Made by a program: the position numbers and the translations under genes. From a virus, in the IMG/VR virus record IMGVR_UViG_3300008954_000005, positions 64,001 to 128,000 of that record: a DNA stretch of 64,000 bases. The stretch is one strand, 5' to 3'. The notes below the pieces were generated by a model. The model saw only the letters and a list, made by a program, of their open reading frames with translations. It had not been told where the DNA came from and did not search any database. Shown here piece after piece: positions 43,561 to 53,068 of this stretch (within the stretch, counting starts at the first letter, position 1; the number at the start of each line of letters is the position of its first letter).

Positions 43561-46500
43561 TCAGTCTTTATCCCAATAGTTCAGGGTCGGATTTCCGAAG
43601 TACTTAGACCCTGTACAACTCGGGATAGACGCATTTCCATGTTCGCCATTAGCCTGGAATGGTCCAGTGGTTGAGTCCATATTACCCCACCAATGGGTGT
43701 TCGACCCAACCCAGTCCTTTAATCCCCAATACGGATGCGTAAAGTCCTCAATAGTAAATCCGGCGAAGCTGCCGCCCTCGGTCCAAAGCTCTGTCATTAC
43801 GGTAAAGATATCATCAGTTAATCTATTACCAGTCCAATCACCGAAGGAACCACCAATACATGGGATGACGCGGTCTGACAGGTACCTAAGAGAGTTCCCA
43901 GAAGCATACGGACCCTTGTATTCACCATTATCGAAAAAATCGTCTGTATCATTGGTAAAGTTTTCTGTGTGGTGGTCCGGCTGGCGAACCCAGCCCATAA
44001 CCCCAGCGGCCTGATTAAAAGTAACAACCGTACCGTAGTTTTGTTTATGCGCTTGCATGTGGCTGGAGCCGTCATCCGAAGTTGAAATGATTTGCGCAAA
44101 AGGGTTTCCAAGACGATTTAGGTAGATTTCCCCCCATTCGACTCCATCCATCGTGTTATCCCACCACCTGTCCGGGTAGGGACCTCGTGCGGCATTCAAA
44201 ACGTTATGGTTGGCTGTTACCATCGTACAGTTATCGATGAGGATATTACCGCCGCCGCCGAATAGATACTTAGACGTCGCCCACTGCTCCTCCTCAGGTG
44301 TTGTGTCGTTGGAAAGGTTTATTTGGGAGGAACAGAACGAGGTACGATCAGTATGCCAACCACAGGTGTTCCCATTAACCATCAAGGAGACCTGTACAGA
44401 GCCCCAGTTATAGACGGTGTCATCCCCATCAGGGCCAGACGATACGTCCCCCCAATTGTAATTATCCGCAATCCAAATAGACCCCGAGCATTTGTTGTCA
44501 CTCACGACGAATTCTGTCACGTCGCCGTGAAGTAAGATGCTGTGGTTTTTCAGTGTGTAGTTCGGATTAAACCCGCCCCAGAAACACCGATTTCTCGTGA
44601 CTGAGCCCTTGGAGCAGTTATCGACCTCGATATGAGCTACTTTATTATTGTTAATATCGACCCCAAAAGAGTCATAAGCATAGATACGGCGTCCCCACGT
44701 TGTGTAGCTATCGGTACTACCCAGCATTATCTCCATTGAGGGGAACCCATCATCCGACCGACGCCTAGACTGCCAATTAAGGGGGCTGAACGGGCCTACG
44801 TTGTTGGTCCCGCCGCTACAAGAGTACAGCCCGCCTGAGTTGCTGTATACCAAGCCGATGCGATGTTTACTGTGATCTTCCGCTGGGAACCCAGATTCGC
44901 CGGGTTCTGGTTGCTGGCACCAGTAGTTATGGCCGGGACCACCGACGTGGTTGCTATTACCCGCTTCAGCAAAAGCCCTAGTATCCTGGTGTGCCGTTAC
45001 GTTGCCCTCTGTATCACCTCCCGCGTCGATGTACTGCATGACATAAACGCCATGATCAAAATCTACTTGGTAGCCGCTTTCTGGTCCGTACAACTCCCAG
45101 TTTCGGAAAGGTGCAACGTAATCGGCGTAGTACAAATGGTCGTTAGGATCGGTTCTTACCCCGAGAAGGTATTTGGGTCTTGCGGATATTTCTTCATAGC
45201 CCATAAGCGAAACATTCCCAGAAACCACAGCATTGTCAGAACTCTGCAATACGATATTTCCCTGGCCGTGTATATGCCTAGCCGGGTCATCGGTGGGGTT
45301 ATATCGAACCTTGCCCGAAACCGTGTCAAGGCTGAGCATCTGGGGCTCTATCACTGATAGGTTATTATTAATAATCTGGAGGGACTTGCCGCTGTAGGTA
45401 ACAATGTCACGACCCACACTATTCTCACTAATTATCCCGTTGTCATTCCAAGCACTATAAATAGTCCCAGGACAAGCGTTTCCAGAAATACGTGTGGCCC
45501 TACCGTAAGACTCGATGTTGGGCTGATAGAACGTTCCGACAAACAGCCAAAGGTCCAAAGCCTGTTGCAGTGGGCGTCCGTCACCTGGGGAATAACGTCG
45601 GAGGTCATTATCAACAATAGAGCCTCCCCACGAATACATATGGATTGAGCCGCCGTTCAGCTTGTTCCTAGAAACTGTAAAATTAGCGCCTGCCCTTTTT
45701 TCTGCGATTATCGTGTCTCCTTCCGCCAGGGCTACCTGACCCGACCCATACCAGTCTCCAAGATCCCAATTGTAGTTGCCAACAAAGATGTCATTATTCA
45801 GCAAGACGTTGTCTGCAATTAAGCCCCCACCGCCGTCCCAATAAACCAGCCCACCGTTATGGATGTCATCTCCATCCAGGTCGTAATCCCACAGGTCGAT
45901 TTCGCCCAAGTACCCCTGGTTGTGATCAATATCGGCGGTATAGAACCCACCGTAGTAGGCATAATTACTTTGGGTCTCTGCGCGGACGCCCCACTTGTTA
46001 CCTCTAATCGAGCAGTCGAAACAGTCACCCCCGGCACCGACGAAGATAAACCCATCACCAGGGATGTGGTTGTTGATGATATTTGCTTGGTGACAATCTT
46101 CTCGTAAAAAGATGCCTACCGGCTGGTTCACTGGATCAATAACGTACCTATCTCCATGCGGGTACAGGTTGTTCCCGTCAACCTTTGCGTTCATACAGGA
46201 ATCAAGAAAGACGTGCCCCATATGCATTTGGTTATTGGTGATAGAAATATTTTGCGTGTCATACGCAACGAGCATCGCCGCATTACCCTTATCGTTTGTG
46301 TTCATCACCCCGTTACTTTCTGGCAAGTATCCGCTTGGCGATGCCGCACAATCTCGAAGAGTATTATTCGAAAATATCGAGTTGTTTGTTCCAATACCGA
46401 AGTACACGGGTCCAACAAGATTGTTGTCTACGATCTTCACGGTTTGGTGACCCCAGCCAACGAAAATGCTGAACGGGTAATTTGTTCCCATAAGCTCAAA

Positions 46501-49500
46501 GCGTGCGTCGGCGGCATCGAAAACATCGTCCACGCCCCCCTCGTTGTTCTCGTAAGAGTAGTACCCTGTAGACCACGAGTATCCGGTGGTAATATCGTTG
46601 ATGATATTATTACCGTTTATATGGATTCCGTGCGTGTGGGAAGCTACGTACTCCCAAAAATCCGTCATTACAGCGTCAGCGAGAACAATCCCCTTAAGGG
46701 CCTTACCGACCAGATGGATGCTGTTCCCAGAAATTTCAGACGGAAGAGCCTTGTAGTAAAACGCCTGAGCCCCGGTGAAATAAATACCCCCACAGAAGTT
46801 ACTCTGAGATTTATCGAGCCCATCTCCGCCATACGCGTCTAGCGCGTAAACGGTGTGTCTAATAGTGTTTCCGGTAACTTGGAAGTTGGCCCCATCGACA
46901 ACAATGCCCCATGGGTCTTCACACGCGTATTGTGTACTGTAATTTTCCTTCTTCCAGTAGGGCATCCCTGGGTCGCGGATCGTATTGTTGACAATACGGA
47001 TGTCTGAAAATTCGTGCTGTGAGCAGGCGAAGATACCTACTTCTAAAGGACCACTAATCGTATTGTTTTCGATTGTTCCGGTGGCCCAATGCTGGCTCTC
47101 TGCAGACCCCCCGAAGTCATACCATTGCACATCCTCCCCAAAATAGACGCCGTAAGCGAACCCACCGTGGAAAGAGCAGTTAGTGACAGTCACTTCTTTT
47201 GAGTGAGTCGCAAACACACCCGCACGACGCTTACTGAACGCGGTGTGATCCTCTTCCCACATTTCATGCATGTGCCCGTGCTCTGACGGGACACACACAG
47301 CCTCGCAAGAATCAATCGTAATACCCTTGTGGTACTTCTTATGGTTACCCGCACCGTACGAGAACGCCGCACCGTATGGGGTCACATTGTCCCAATTCAC
47401 CATCTCGCCCACGTCACCGTCGTCCGCCCAAATAGTGCACCCGAAGGCCGCTAAACCGTGGGTAACATTGATAGCCCGACAATTCCGTAGGGTAATGTTG
47501 TCCAACGATGCGGTGGTTCTTGTGTACGTCGTGGGGTTGTAGAAATCACAAAGGATTCCACCATTGTGGAGGGTGACCCCCTCAAATAAGTAGTTCCCTG
47601 AGAAAGCGGCGTTGGGCCTCTGTAACCCGTAAATAGCCGTCCACATGCCTCCCCGATCCTGATCCATGGCTGGGATGGACAGGTCCCCATCCTTGCGGGT
47701 GCAGATGAAGGCGGCAACATTCGGCCGAGTGTTATGGCCGTCCTCGACACCGGTGTCCCAGCCGGTGTCCCAATAGTTCCCAGCAAACGCCTCTTCGTCT
47801 AGACCGTGGTCTACACCGATGAAGCGGAGATTGACATCTCTAACAGTGACACCTTGTCGGCTGTTTAGATCGAACAGCGGCTTACCCTCAGACCAATAAA
47901 TTACTGGTCCATGTCCTGGGTGGATTCTGAGCCATCCGTCGTCATTTACTGCGTCATCGGTCGGGGTTGCAGCACCATGCCACCAAGACATCCACACCCC
48001 TTCCGCTGATGCTGGTTCTGTCGGGTGGGTATATGCTGTCCTCATTTCCCGGTTATGCAGCCAGGACTGGTCTGCGCCTTTGTGCCCGATGAGATTGATA
48101 CCGTGCACAGGGAACCGCATGGGGAGCGTGATCCCTCTGGCCTCGTGATCGAACTCATGGCAAGAGCCAACTACCTCAATTGTCCACTTACGCCCTTTGT
48201 ACGCTTGGGTGTTATCCATGTGCTCGATGTAAACAAGGGCCTCACCTACGTTCTTAAAATGAAGCTGTGCCTGTGTGTGTGCGTCTACACCAAACTGGGA
48301 GTGGCCTTCGCCCGGAGCGCTATCCACCAACTTCATGTGTGAAGCTAGCTCTTCTGTAGAGGTGGTCCCCACCAATAGGTTGGTTCGTTCATCGACACGC
48401 GAAATCGGCTTTCTAAGGTTTATTACGGCCTCGATAAAACCGTCGTTATCCGTAACCACCTTTGCAAACGGGACAATATGCGCCTCATCGTACTGACTCC
48501 ACAACCAGGGGTCAGCAGCGGCTGGGGATGAGTGCATATCAGCAGCCGAGCCAATTGGCTTAATTAGAACTTTTCGGGCTCGTGCGTCAAACCAAACCAT
48601 GAACTCCCGGCTATCTAGGTCGTCCGAGTAATCCTCTAGATTGTACACGTCAGCAGGAATATGCCACTTCGCCCCACCAAGAAGAACGTAAGCTTCGCAA
48701 AACACAAGCCCACGCTTAGCGCCATCCGCGTCATCCGCAGTCCAATCACCAAAATCATGGTAACTTAGCCGGTCAAACAAAGTGTCCGAAGGGAAGATTT
48801 CCCCGGCATTCTCATTCACCAAAGAAAAACAATATCCACCGGTAATAACACCATTAGAAAGAACACCAAATTGGTGCTCTGTCTTCATGTAGGCTTCGCC
48901 AATAGTTACTGTCTCATGCCCGTATAGCTTCCTGGTTGCCTCATTTACAAGGTCGTGGTTGTAGTTACCGAGCACCGTGGCTTCGATAGATCCAAGAATA
49001 GACCTGTCTTGGCTCTCTTGCGGCGTCGTAGAGTGGTCGAAAGCTGCCTGCTTTAAAGATGGGTTTTTATCGCCACCATCATCTCTAGCTGCCGCACTGA
49101 CCATCCCTTCTAAAGGGATATCTCTTCGAACGAGGTCTGGGTCTATTCCCCCAACCTCAAGGGTGACGCCCTCGCTATCGTATACATTCCAACCAATATC
49201 TTCGTCGTACCATGGGGGTGTAGCGGTAATGGTTTCACTACCAAAAACAGTGCCATGCGCCCAGGCGTACCAATTATCCAATCCAAAGACGTTGTAGTGA
49301 TAACCTGTAGAACTAGCCCAGGTCAGGGAATCGTCCTGGGACTTGATCGTGTCGATCTCGCTATCCCCGTCATCATCCACCTGTTTCCGTGGAGCAATAG
49401 CGTTAAGCCTTCCGTACCCTATCCGTACCCGAGCCCCCTGTTCGCGCTCGGTGTTGGTAGACCAAACGTCGTCATAGTCATGGTGTTTGCTGTCCAAACG

Positions 49501-52212
49501 GACCAAGGTGACATGGTCAGCATCGGACCTAAGCCAGATAAAGCGTTCCCAGTCCTGCCAGTTTGGCAAAACAAGTGTGAACGGCCGCATCGGGTTTTCA
49601 TAGATGGTGTTACCGGTAGCAGACTGAACCGCTCGCCCGTCCACGGGGCTCACTAGCCCCGAATACCGCATATTCTCGTTAGCAGAGAAGTTGTTGTGGT
49701 AAGCAGCATTCAGTCCGTGTGACGGAACGAAACTAACACCCTCAGAATTAGTTACAACGGGGGCCTTGGTGATGTACTTAACCTGCCAAGTATCGCCACC
49801 ATCTGTGTAAAAAGTACTGCCGCCAGCGGCATCACCATGCGTACCATTCTGGTCAGTAGCCTGGAATGGGTATCCGCCTGGACCCACTAAAGTTAGGTGA
49901 TCGTGTTCGGGGCCATCGTCTTCAGGTTCTGCGTGAACGCTCCCGACAATGATTGTTCCGCATTGATCGTTGTTTGGATCAGCGACGGCTGAAATTATTT
50001 TCCCGGCATATCTGCGGAATTTATGAGTACCTACATTACTATCTGGGTGCTCAAACCGAACCCAGTCACCCCAGCAGCCCCACGTACTATCCTCCCAAGC
50101 TTCTGTGAGCGTAGGCTTACCGGCAACCGTGCACTCGACGTATAGCTCCCACAAACTACTCCCAAGTATCTGGGCGGTTGGGGAGTCCGTCGTGTTCAAC
50201 CCATCATTTCTTGGGTGTGGTATCCCAGGCCCAACGCCCAAAGGAAGCTCTACGGTAGTTTGCTTATCAATCTCGGCGTCTGTTCCTGTGCGTAGAAACG
50301 ACTGCCACCCTCGGAGCTTCATAGCGTCCGCAAAATCAAGCCCTGCGTCTAAGTTTAGACCCTCAGTAAAGAAGTCAGGCTTAATCGCTGACAGCAGGTT
50401 CTCTCGAACGGTGCTTAGGGTTTTGATGTGCGCTTGGTACGAACCACTATAAAAAGACTTCCCGTCTTGGAAGGTAAGGACAGGGTTCAGAATAAACCCA
50501 GACGGAGCGCAACCATAGATTAGGCCGGGAGCAGTTTCCAAAGAGAACAGGACTGGCTCACCAGCAGCAACAACGCCATTATGAACACCATCATCTGGAC
50601 CTAAAACATCGGAGCCAAACTTGATATCTCCGATAGCTGCGGCCATGCCCCACTCTCCTGCGGAGTGGTCTTCTGGCCAGATGTGTGCGTGTCCGTGGAA
50701 TAAGAAGGTGCCGGGAAGGAGGCCCCAGTTTTGTTCCGCGCCGTCCTCCTTATCGGGGAGGCCGACGCTGTTTCGTGAGCGTTGCCCGCCGTACCTGTTG
50801 TACGTCGTTACCCCACCGCTAGCATGAGCAACACCGCGAGACCAATCGTAAGAACCGTCAGCACCGTCGTAGTTTTTCGTTACGAATCTGGTGGTATCCG
50901 TACTTGCGGACAGGTACAGGTCTCCAGGTCGCTCATCGGGGCGATCATCTCTGAGGAGATCGGGGCGTGGGACGACAAACGCGATGTGCGCAAAGTTCGA
51001 TCTAAGCGCCGGGTTCAGCGCCGTACTTTCAGGATCTGTAGGATCACCCGAATCTTGGTGATACGGGGCGGTTCTCCAAGAGACAAACTCCCCCTCCATA
51101 AACTGCATGTAATCTCGAACAGTTACTTTATGGAGGCCCCCGCGTGTAAGGATGACCTTTGACCCGGTTCCGGTAGGCGGTTTCGCGTCAGCCGGTACAA
51201 TTTCGGCAATCTGAAAAAGTCCATTATTACCTGCCTGGGCTCCCTCAGCACCGTCACCGGTGATTTCAACGAAACACCCTGGCTTCAGATACAACTCATC
51301 AAAGGAGTAGTCTTTGATGTACAAGCCGTCTGTGTCCCATTCGGCAATACGTGCATATCGCTCGTTTCCACTATAGGGCGGAAGGTCTGTTTTAATGCGC
51401 TTAACTGGGGGGATATACAGCGGTATTCCTGACGCAGCTTGGCTGGTCAAAAAGCGCTGTTCTTGATTCTTGTACTTTGGTTGGTGGTACGAATACCCTG
51501 TACCGCTGTTGTACTCGGTATCGTTCTCAAATACGTCGCTAGGACAAACTGTGTGGTGCGTATCTTGGATAGGCTGGAGGCCACCAGTCTCATTGGGGTT
51601 CGCAACTACAGATAAGTCCGTGGCCCCTTCTGGGTGTACGGCACCTCCGCCACCGGGGACTCCCCCACCGTACTGTCCTTCTACCCTATGGAATTTGACG
51701 TGCCTTTGAAGTTCGTTGGGGGTCTGCCCAACGTATACCCACTGAGCGGGGACTCTTCCGCTTGCGTTAGTCCCACCAGAAAGGTGTAAATCCGTCTTAC
51801 CGGTTCTTACCAAATCATCGCTGGTGGTAAGTGCCGCATTCATCATGTCGGCTTGATCACCAACATCGTGATTATCGCTAAGTACGACTGAGCCCCGCAT
51901 CCACAGAATTTCGCCGGTCCAACCACCGGACATGAAATCGTCGTCGTTCCAGAGTTGCATGGGAGAGATCACGGCGCTCTTTAGCGTGATCGCATTTAGT
52001 ACCGAACTAATAGATTCGATATTAGTCGCTAATGCTGCAAGAGCCCGGTTAAACGCTAGACTAGTAGCGTCTTCCCCATAGGCCATAAACTTTGTGGCCG
52101 GTTGCTGTGGGTCGAACGGGGTAAGTGTATTTGCTGGGGCAGACTCGGTTAGTGCCTTCTCGCCCGTAGATACCTTCCCAACTAACCGCCCAAAATACTT
52201 ATAGGACATCAT
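43561..52212 (-). CDS. giant tail fibre/spike with parallel beta-helix (PbH1) repeats
   Basis: 2883 aa; N-terminal anchor-like AYGEDATSLAFNRALAALATN; dozens of I.NN.I / V.GN repeats in the C-terminal half. Confidence 0.8.
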   Translation of the reverse strand: MMSYKYFGRLVGKVSTGEKALTESAPANTLTPFDPQQPATKFMAYGEDATSLAFNRALAALATNIESISSVLNAITLKSAVISPMQLWNDDDFMSGGWTGEILWMRGSVVLSDNHDVGDQADMMNAALTTSDDLVRTGKTDLHLSGGTNASGRVPAQWVYVGQTPNELQRHVKFHRVEGQYGGGVPGGGGAVHPEGATDLSVVANPNETGGLQPIQDTHHTVCPSDVFENDTEYNSGTGYSYHQPKYKNQEQRFLTSQAASGIPLYIPPVKRIKTDLPPYSGNERYARIAEWDTDGLYIKDYSFDELYLKPGCFVEITGDGAEGAQAGNNGLFQIAEIVPADAKPPTGTGSKVILTRGGLHKVTVRDYMQFMEGEFVSWRTAPYHQDSGDPTDPESTALNPALRSNFAHIAFVVPRPDLLRDDRPDERPGDLYLSASTDTTRFVTKNYDGADGSYDWSRGVAHASGGVTTYNRYGGQRSRNSVGLPDKEDGAEQNWGLLPGTFLFHGHAHIWPEDHSAGEWGMAAAIGDIKFGSDVLGPDDGVHNGVVAAGEPVLFSLETAPGLIYGCAPSGFILNPVLTFQDGKSFYSGSYQAHIKTLSTVRENLLSAIKPDFFTEGLNLDAGLDFADAMKLRGWQSFLRTGTDAEIDKQTTVELPLGVGPGIPHPRNDGLNTTDSPTAQILGSSLWELYVECTVAGKPTLTEAWEDSTWGCWGDWVRFEHPDSNVGTHKFRRYAGKIISAVADPNNDQCGTIIVGSVHAEPEDDGPEHDHLTLVGPGGYPFQATDQNGTHGDAAGGSTFYTDGGDTWQVKYITKAPVVTNSEGVSFVPSHGLNAAYHNNFSANENMRYSGLVSPVDGRAVQSATGNTIYENPMRPFTLVLPNWQDWERFIWLRSDADHVTLVRLDSKHHDYDDVWSTNTEREQGARVRIGYGRLNAIAPRKQVDDDGDSEIDTIKSQDDSLTWASSTGYHYNVFGLDNWYAWAHGTVFGSETITATPPWYDEDIGWNVYDSEGVTLEVGGIDPDLVRRDIPLEGMVSAAARDDGGDKNPSLKQAAFDHSTTPQESQDRSILGSIEATVLGNYNHDLVNEATRKLYGHETVTIGEAYMKTEHQFGVLSNGVITGGYCFSLVNENAGEIFPSDTLFDRLSYHDFGDWTADDADGAKRGLVFCEAYVLLGGAKWHIPADVYNLEDYSDDLDSREFMVWFDARARKVLIKPIGSAADMHSSPAAADPWLWSQYDEAHIVPFAKVVTDNDGFIEAVINLRKPISRVDERTNLLVGTTSTEELASHMKLVDSAPGEGHSQFGVDAHTQAQLHFKNVGEALVYIEHMDNTQAYKGRKWTIEVVGSCHEFDHEARGITLPMRFPVHGINLIGHKGADQSWLHNREMRTAYTHPTEPASAEGVWMSWWHGAATPTDDAVNDDGWLRIHPGHGPVIYWSEGKPLFDLNSRQGVTVRDVNLRFIGVDHGLDEEAFAGNYWDTGWDTGVEDGHNTRPNVAAFICTRKDGDLSIPAMDQDRGGMWTAIYGLQRPNAAFSGNYLFEGVTLHNGGILCDFYNPTTYTRTTASLDNITLRNCRAINVTHGLAAFGCTIWADDGDVGEMVNWDNVTPYGAAFSYGAGNHKKYHKGITIDSCEAVCVPSEHGHMHEMWEEDHTAFSKRRAGVFATHSKEVTVTNCSFHGGFAYGVYFGEDVQWYDFGGSAESQHWATGTIENNTISGPLEVGIFACSQHEFSDIRIVNNTIRDPGMPYWKKENYSTQYACEDPWGIVVDGANFQVTGNTIRHTVYALDAYGGDGLDKSQSNFCGGIYFTGAQAFYYKALPSEISGNSIHLVGKALKGIVLADAVMTDFWEYVASHTHGIHINGNNIINDITTGYSWSTGYYSYENNEGGVDDVFDAADARFELMGTNYPFSIFVGWGHQTVKIVDNNLVGPVYFGIGTNNSIFSNNTLRDCAASPSGYLPESNGVMNTNDKGNAAMLVAYDTQNISITNNQMHMGHVFLDSCMNAKVDGNNLYPHGDRYVIDPVNQPVGIFLREDCHQANIINNHIPGDGFIFVGAGGDCFDCSIRGNKWGVRAETQSNYAYYGGFYTADIDHNQGYLGEIDLWDYDLDGDDIHNGGLVYWDGGGGLIADNVLLNNDIFVGNYNWDLGDWYGSGQVALAEGDTIIAEKRAGANFTVSRNKLNGGSIHMYSWGGSIVDNDLRRYSPGDGRPLQQALDLWLFVGTFYQPNIESYGRATRISGNACPGTIYSAWNDNGIISENSVGRDIVTYSGKSLQIINNNLSVIEPQMLSLDTVSGKVRYNPTDDPARHIHGQGNIVLQSSDNAVVSGNVSLMGYEEISARPKYLLGVRTDPNDHLYYADYVAPFRNWELYGPESGYQVDFDHGVYVMQYIDAGGDTEGNVTAHQDTRAFAEAGNSNHVGGPGHNYWCQQPEPGESGFPAEDHSKHRIGLVYSNSGGLYSCSGGTNNVGPFSPLNWQSRRRSDDGFPSMEIMLGSTDSYTTWGRRIYAYDSFGVDINNNKVAHIEVDNCSKGSVTRNRCFWGGFNPNYTLKNHSILLHGDVTEFVVSDNKCSGSIWIADNYNWGDVSSGPDGDDTVYNWGSVQVSLMVNGNTCGWHTDRTSFCSSQINLSNDTTPEEEQWATSKYLFGGGGNILIDNCTMVTANHNVLNAARGPYPDRWWDNTMDGVEWGEIYLNRLGNPFAQIISTSDDGSSHMQAHKQNYGTVVTFNQAAGVMGWVRQPDHHTENFTNDTDDFFDNGEYKGPYASGNSLRYLSDRVIPCIGGSFGDWTGNRLTDDIFTVMTELWTEGGSFAGFTIEDFTHPYWGLKDWVGSNTHWWGNMDSTTGPFQANGEHGNASIPSCTGSKYFGNPTLNYWDKD

Positions 52213-52218
52213 ATGCTC

Positions 52219-52875
52219 CTAGAAACGAATTTCCCACTCTACGCGAAGAATAACATTTGGCGTCACGTGAATAGGATCAAAGATATTGTACGCGACTAGG
52301 TAATTAGACGCTGCAGGATCTGCCTCTTCTGGGAGAGGCGGGTTGGCTTCATGCGTGTACCTCGGATTTGCGGAACTCAAATACAAGCCAGCCTCTGTGA
52401 TGGGAACGCTCGTTCCCACTTCCACATTAGACACCCTCGTAACGTTCCCAGCAAAAGATAGCTCATCCTCAGCAATATCACAGATAAACCTAGTACGAAA
52501 ATCACCCGGAAAATAGACACTATCATTCGATTGATTGTCTACCTGTTTCAGGTATAGCCTCTGGTCGAAATCAACGCTAATCGGGATTGGGTCTTGGATA
52601 GCCGTTACTGTAACTAATTCAGTCTGGCCTGTCGCAAAGTCGGTGTCTGTTTGTAGGGCTCCACCACAACCGAAACCGATGTACTTGATCTTGTCTGTGT
52701 TGTGTGGGCTCGGGGGGTCTTGGCTGTAATTATCGGAACCAATGATCTTGGCCAACCAACTGCGCCCGGTGTTTGTGAAGACGTTGTGCCCAAAACGCTC
52801 TTCAATTAGTTTCCCATCCTTAATAACAGCGATCGCTACGTTTATTGTCGGGTCGAGTTTATCGGATAACAGCAT
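52219..52875 (-). CDS. tail-collar fibre/baseplate-like protein
   Basis: HNVFTNTGRSWLA, IKYIGFG.GG, ITEAGLY, LVAY..FDPI, VEWEIRF. Confidence 0.7.
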   Translation of the reverse strand: MLLSDKLDPTINVAIAVIKDGKLIEERFGHNVFTNTGRSWLAKIIGSDNYSQDPPSPHNTDKIKYIGFGCGGALQTDTDFATGQTELVTVTAIQDPIPISVDFDQRLYLKQVDNQSNDSVYFPGDFRTRFICDIAEDELSFAGNVTRVSNVEVGTSVPITEAGLYLSSANPRYTHEANPPLPEEADPAASNYLVAYNIFDPIHVTPNVILRVEWEIRF

Positions 52876-53016
52876 AGTTGCGTCCTTGTAAATAACTTAG
52901 ATACTGCGCGTGAAGTACCTATTTCTCTAACAGCTTTTATCATATATCCCAAGACCTGGGTTGAAAAGCAGCAGTATAAAAATGGTCTCAGTCTTTCATT
53001 ACAAGATAATAAGGTT

Positions 53017-53050
53017 GGGGAGGGGGGAAAAATCCCCCCTCCCCGGTTTT
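53017..53050. terminator. GC stem-loop downstream of the 53069-56065 gene
   Basis: GGGGAGGGGGG-aaaaat-CCCCCCTCCCC flanked by A/T runs. Confidence 0.7.
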
Positions 53051-53068
53051 ATTAGATGGCTACATCAC

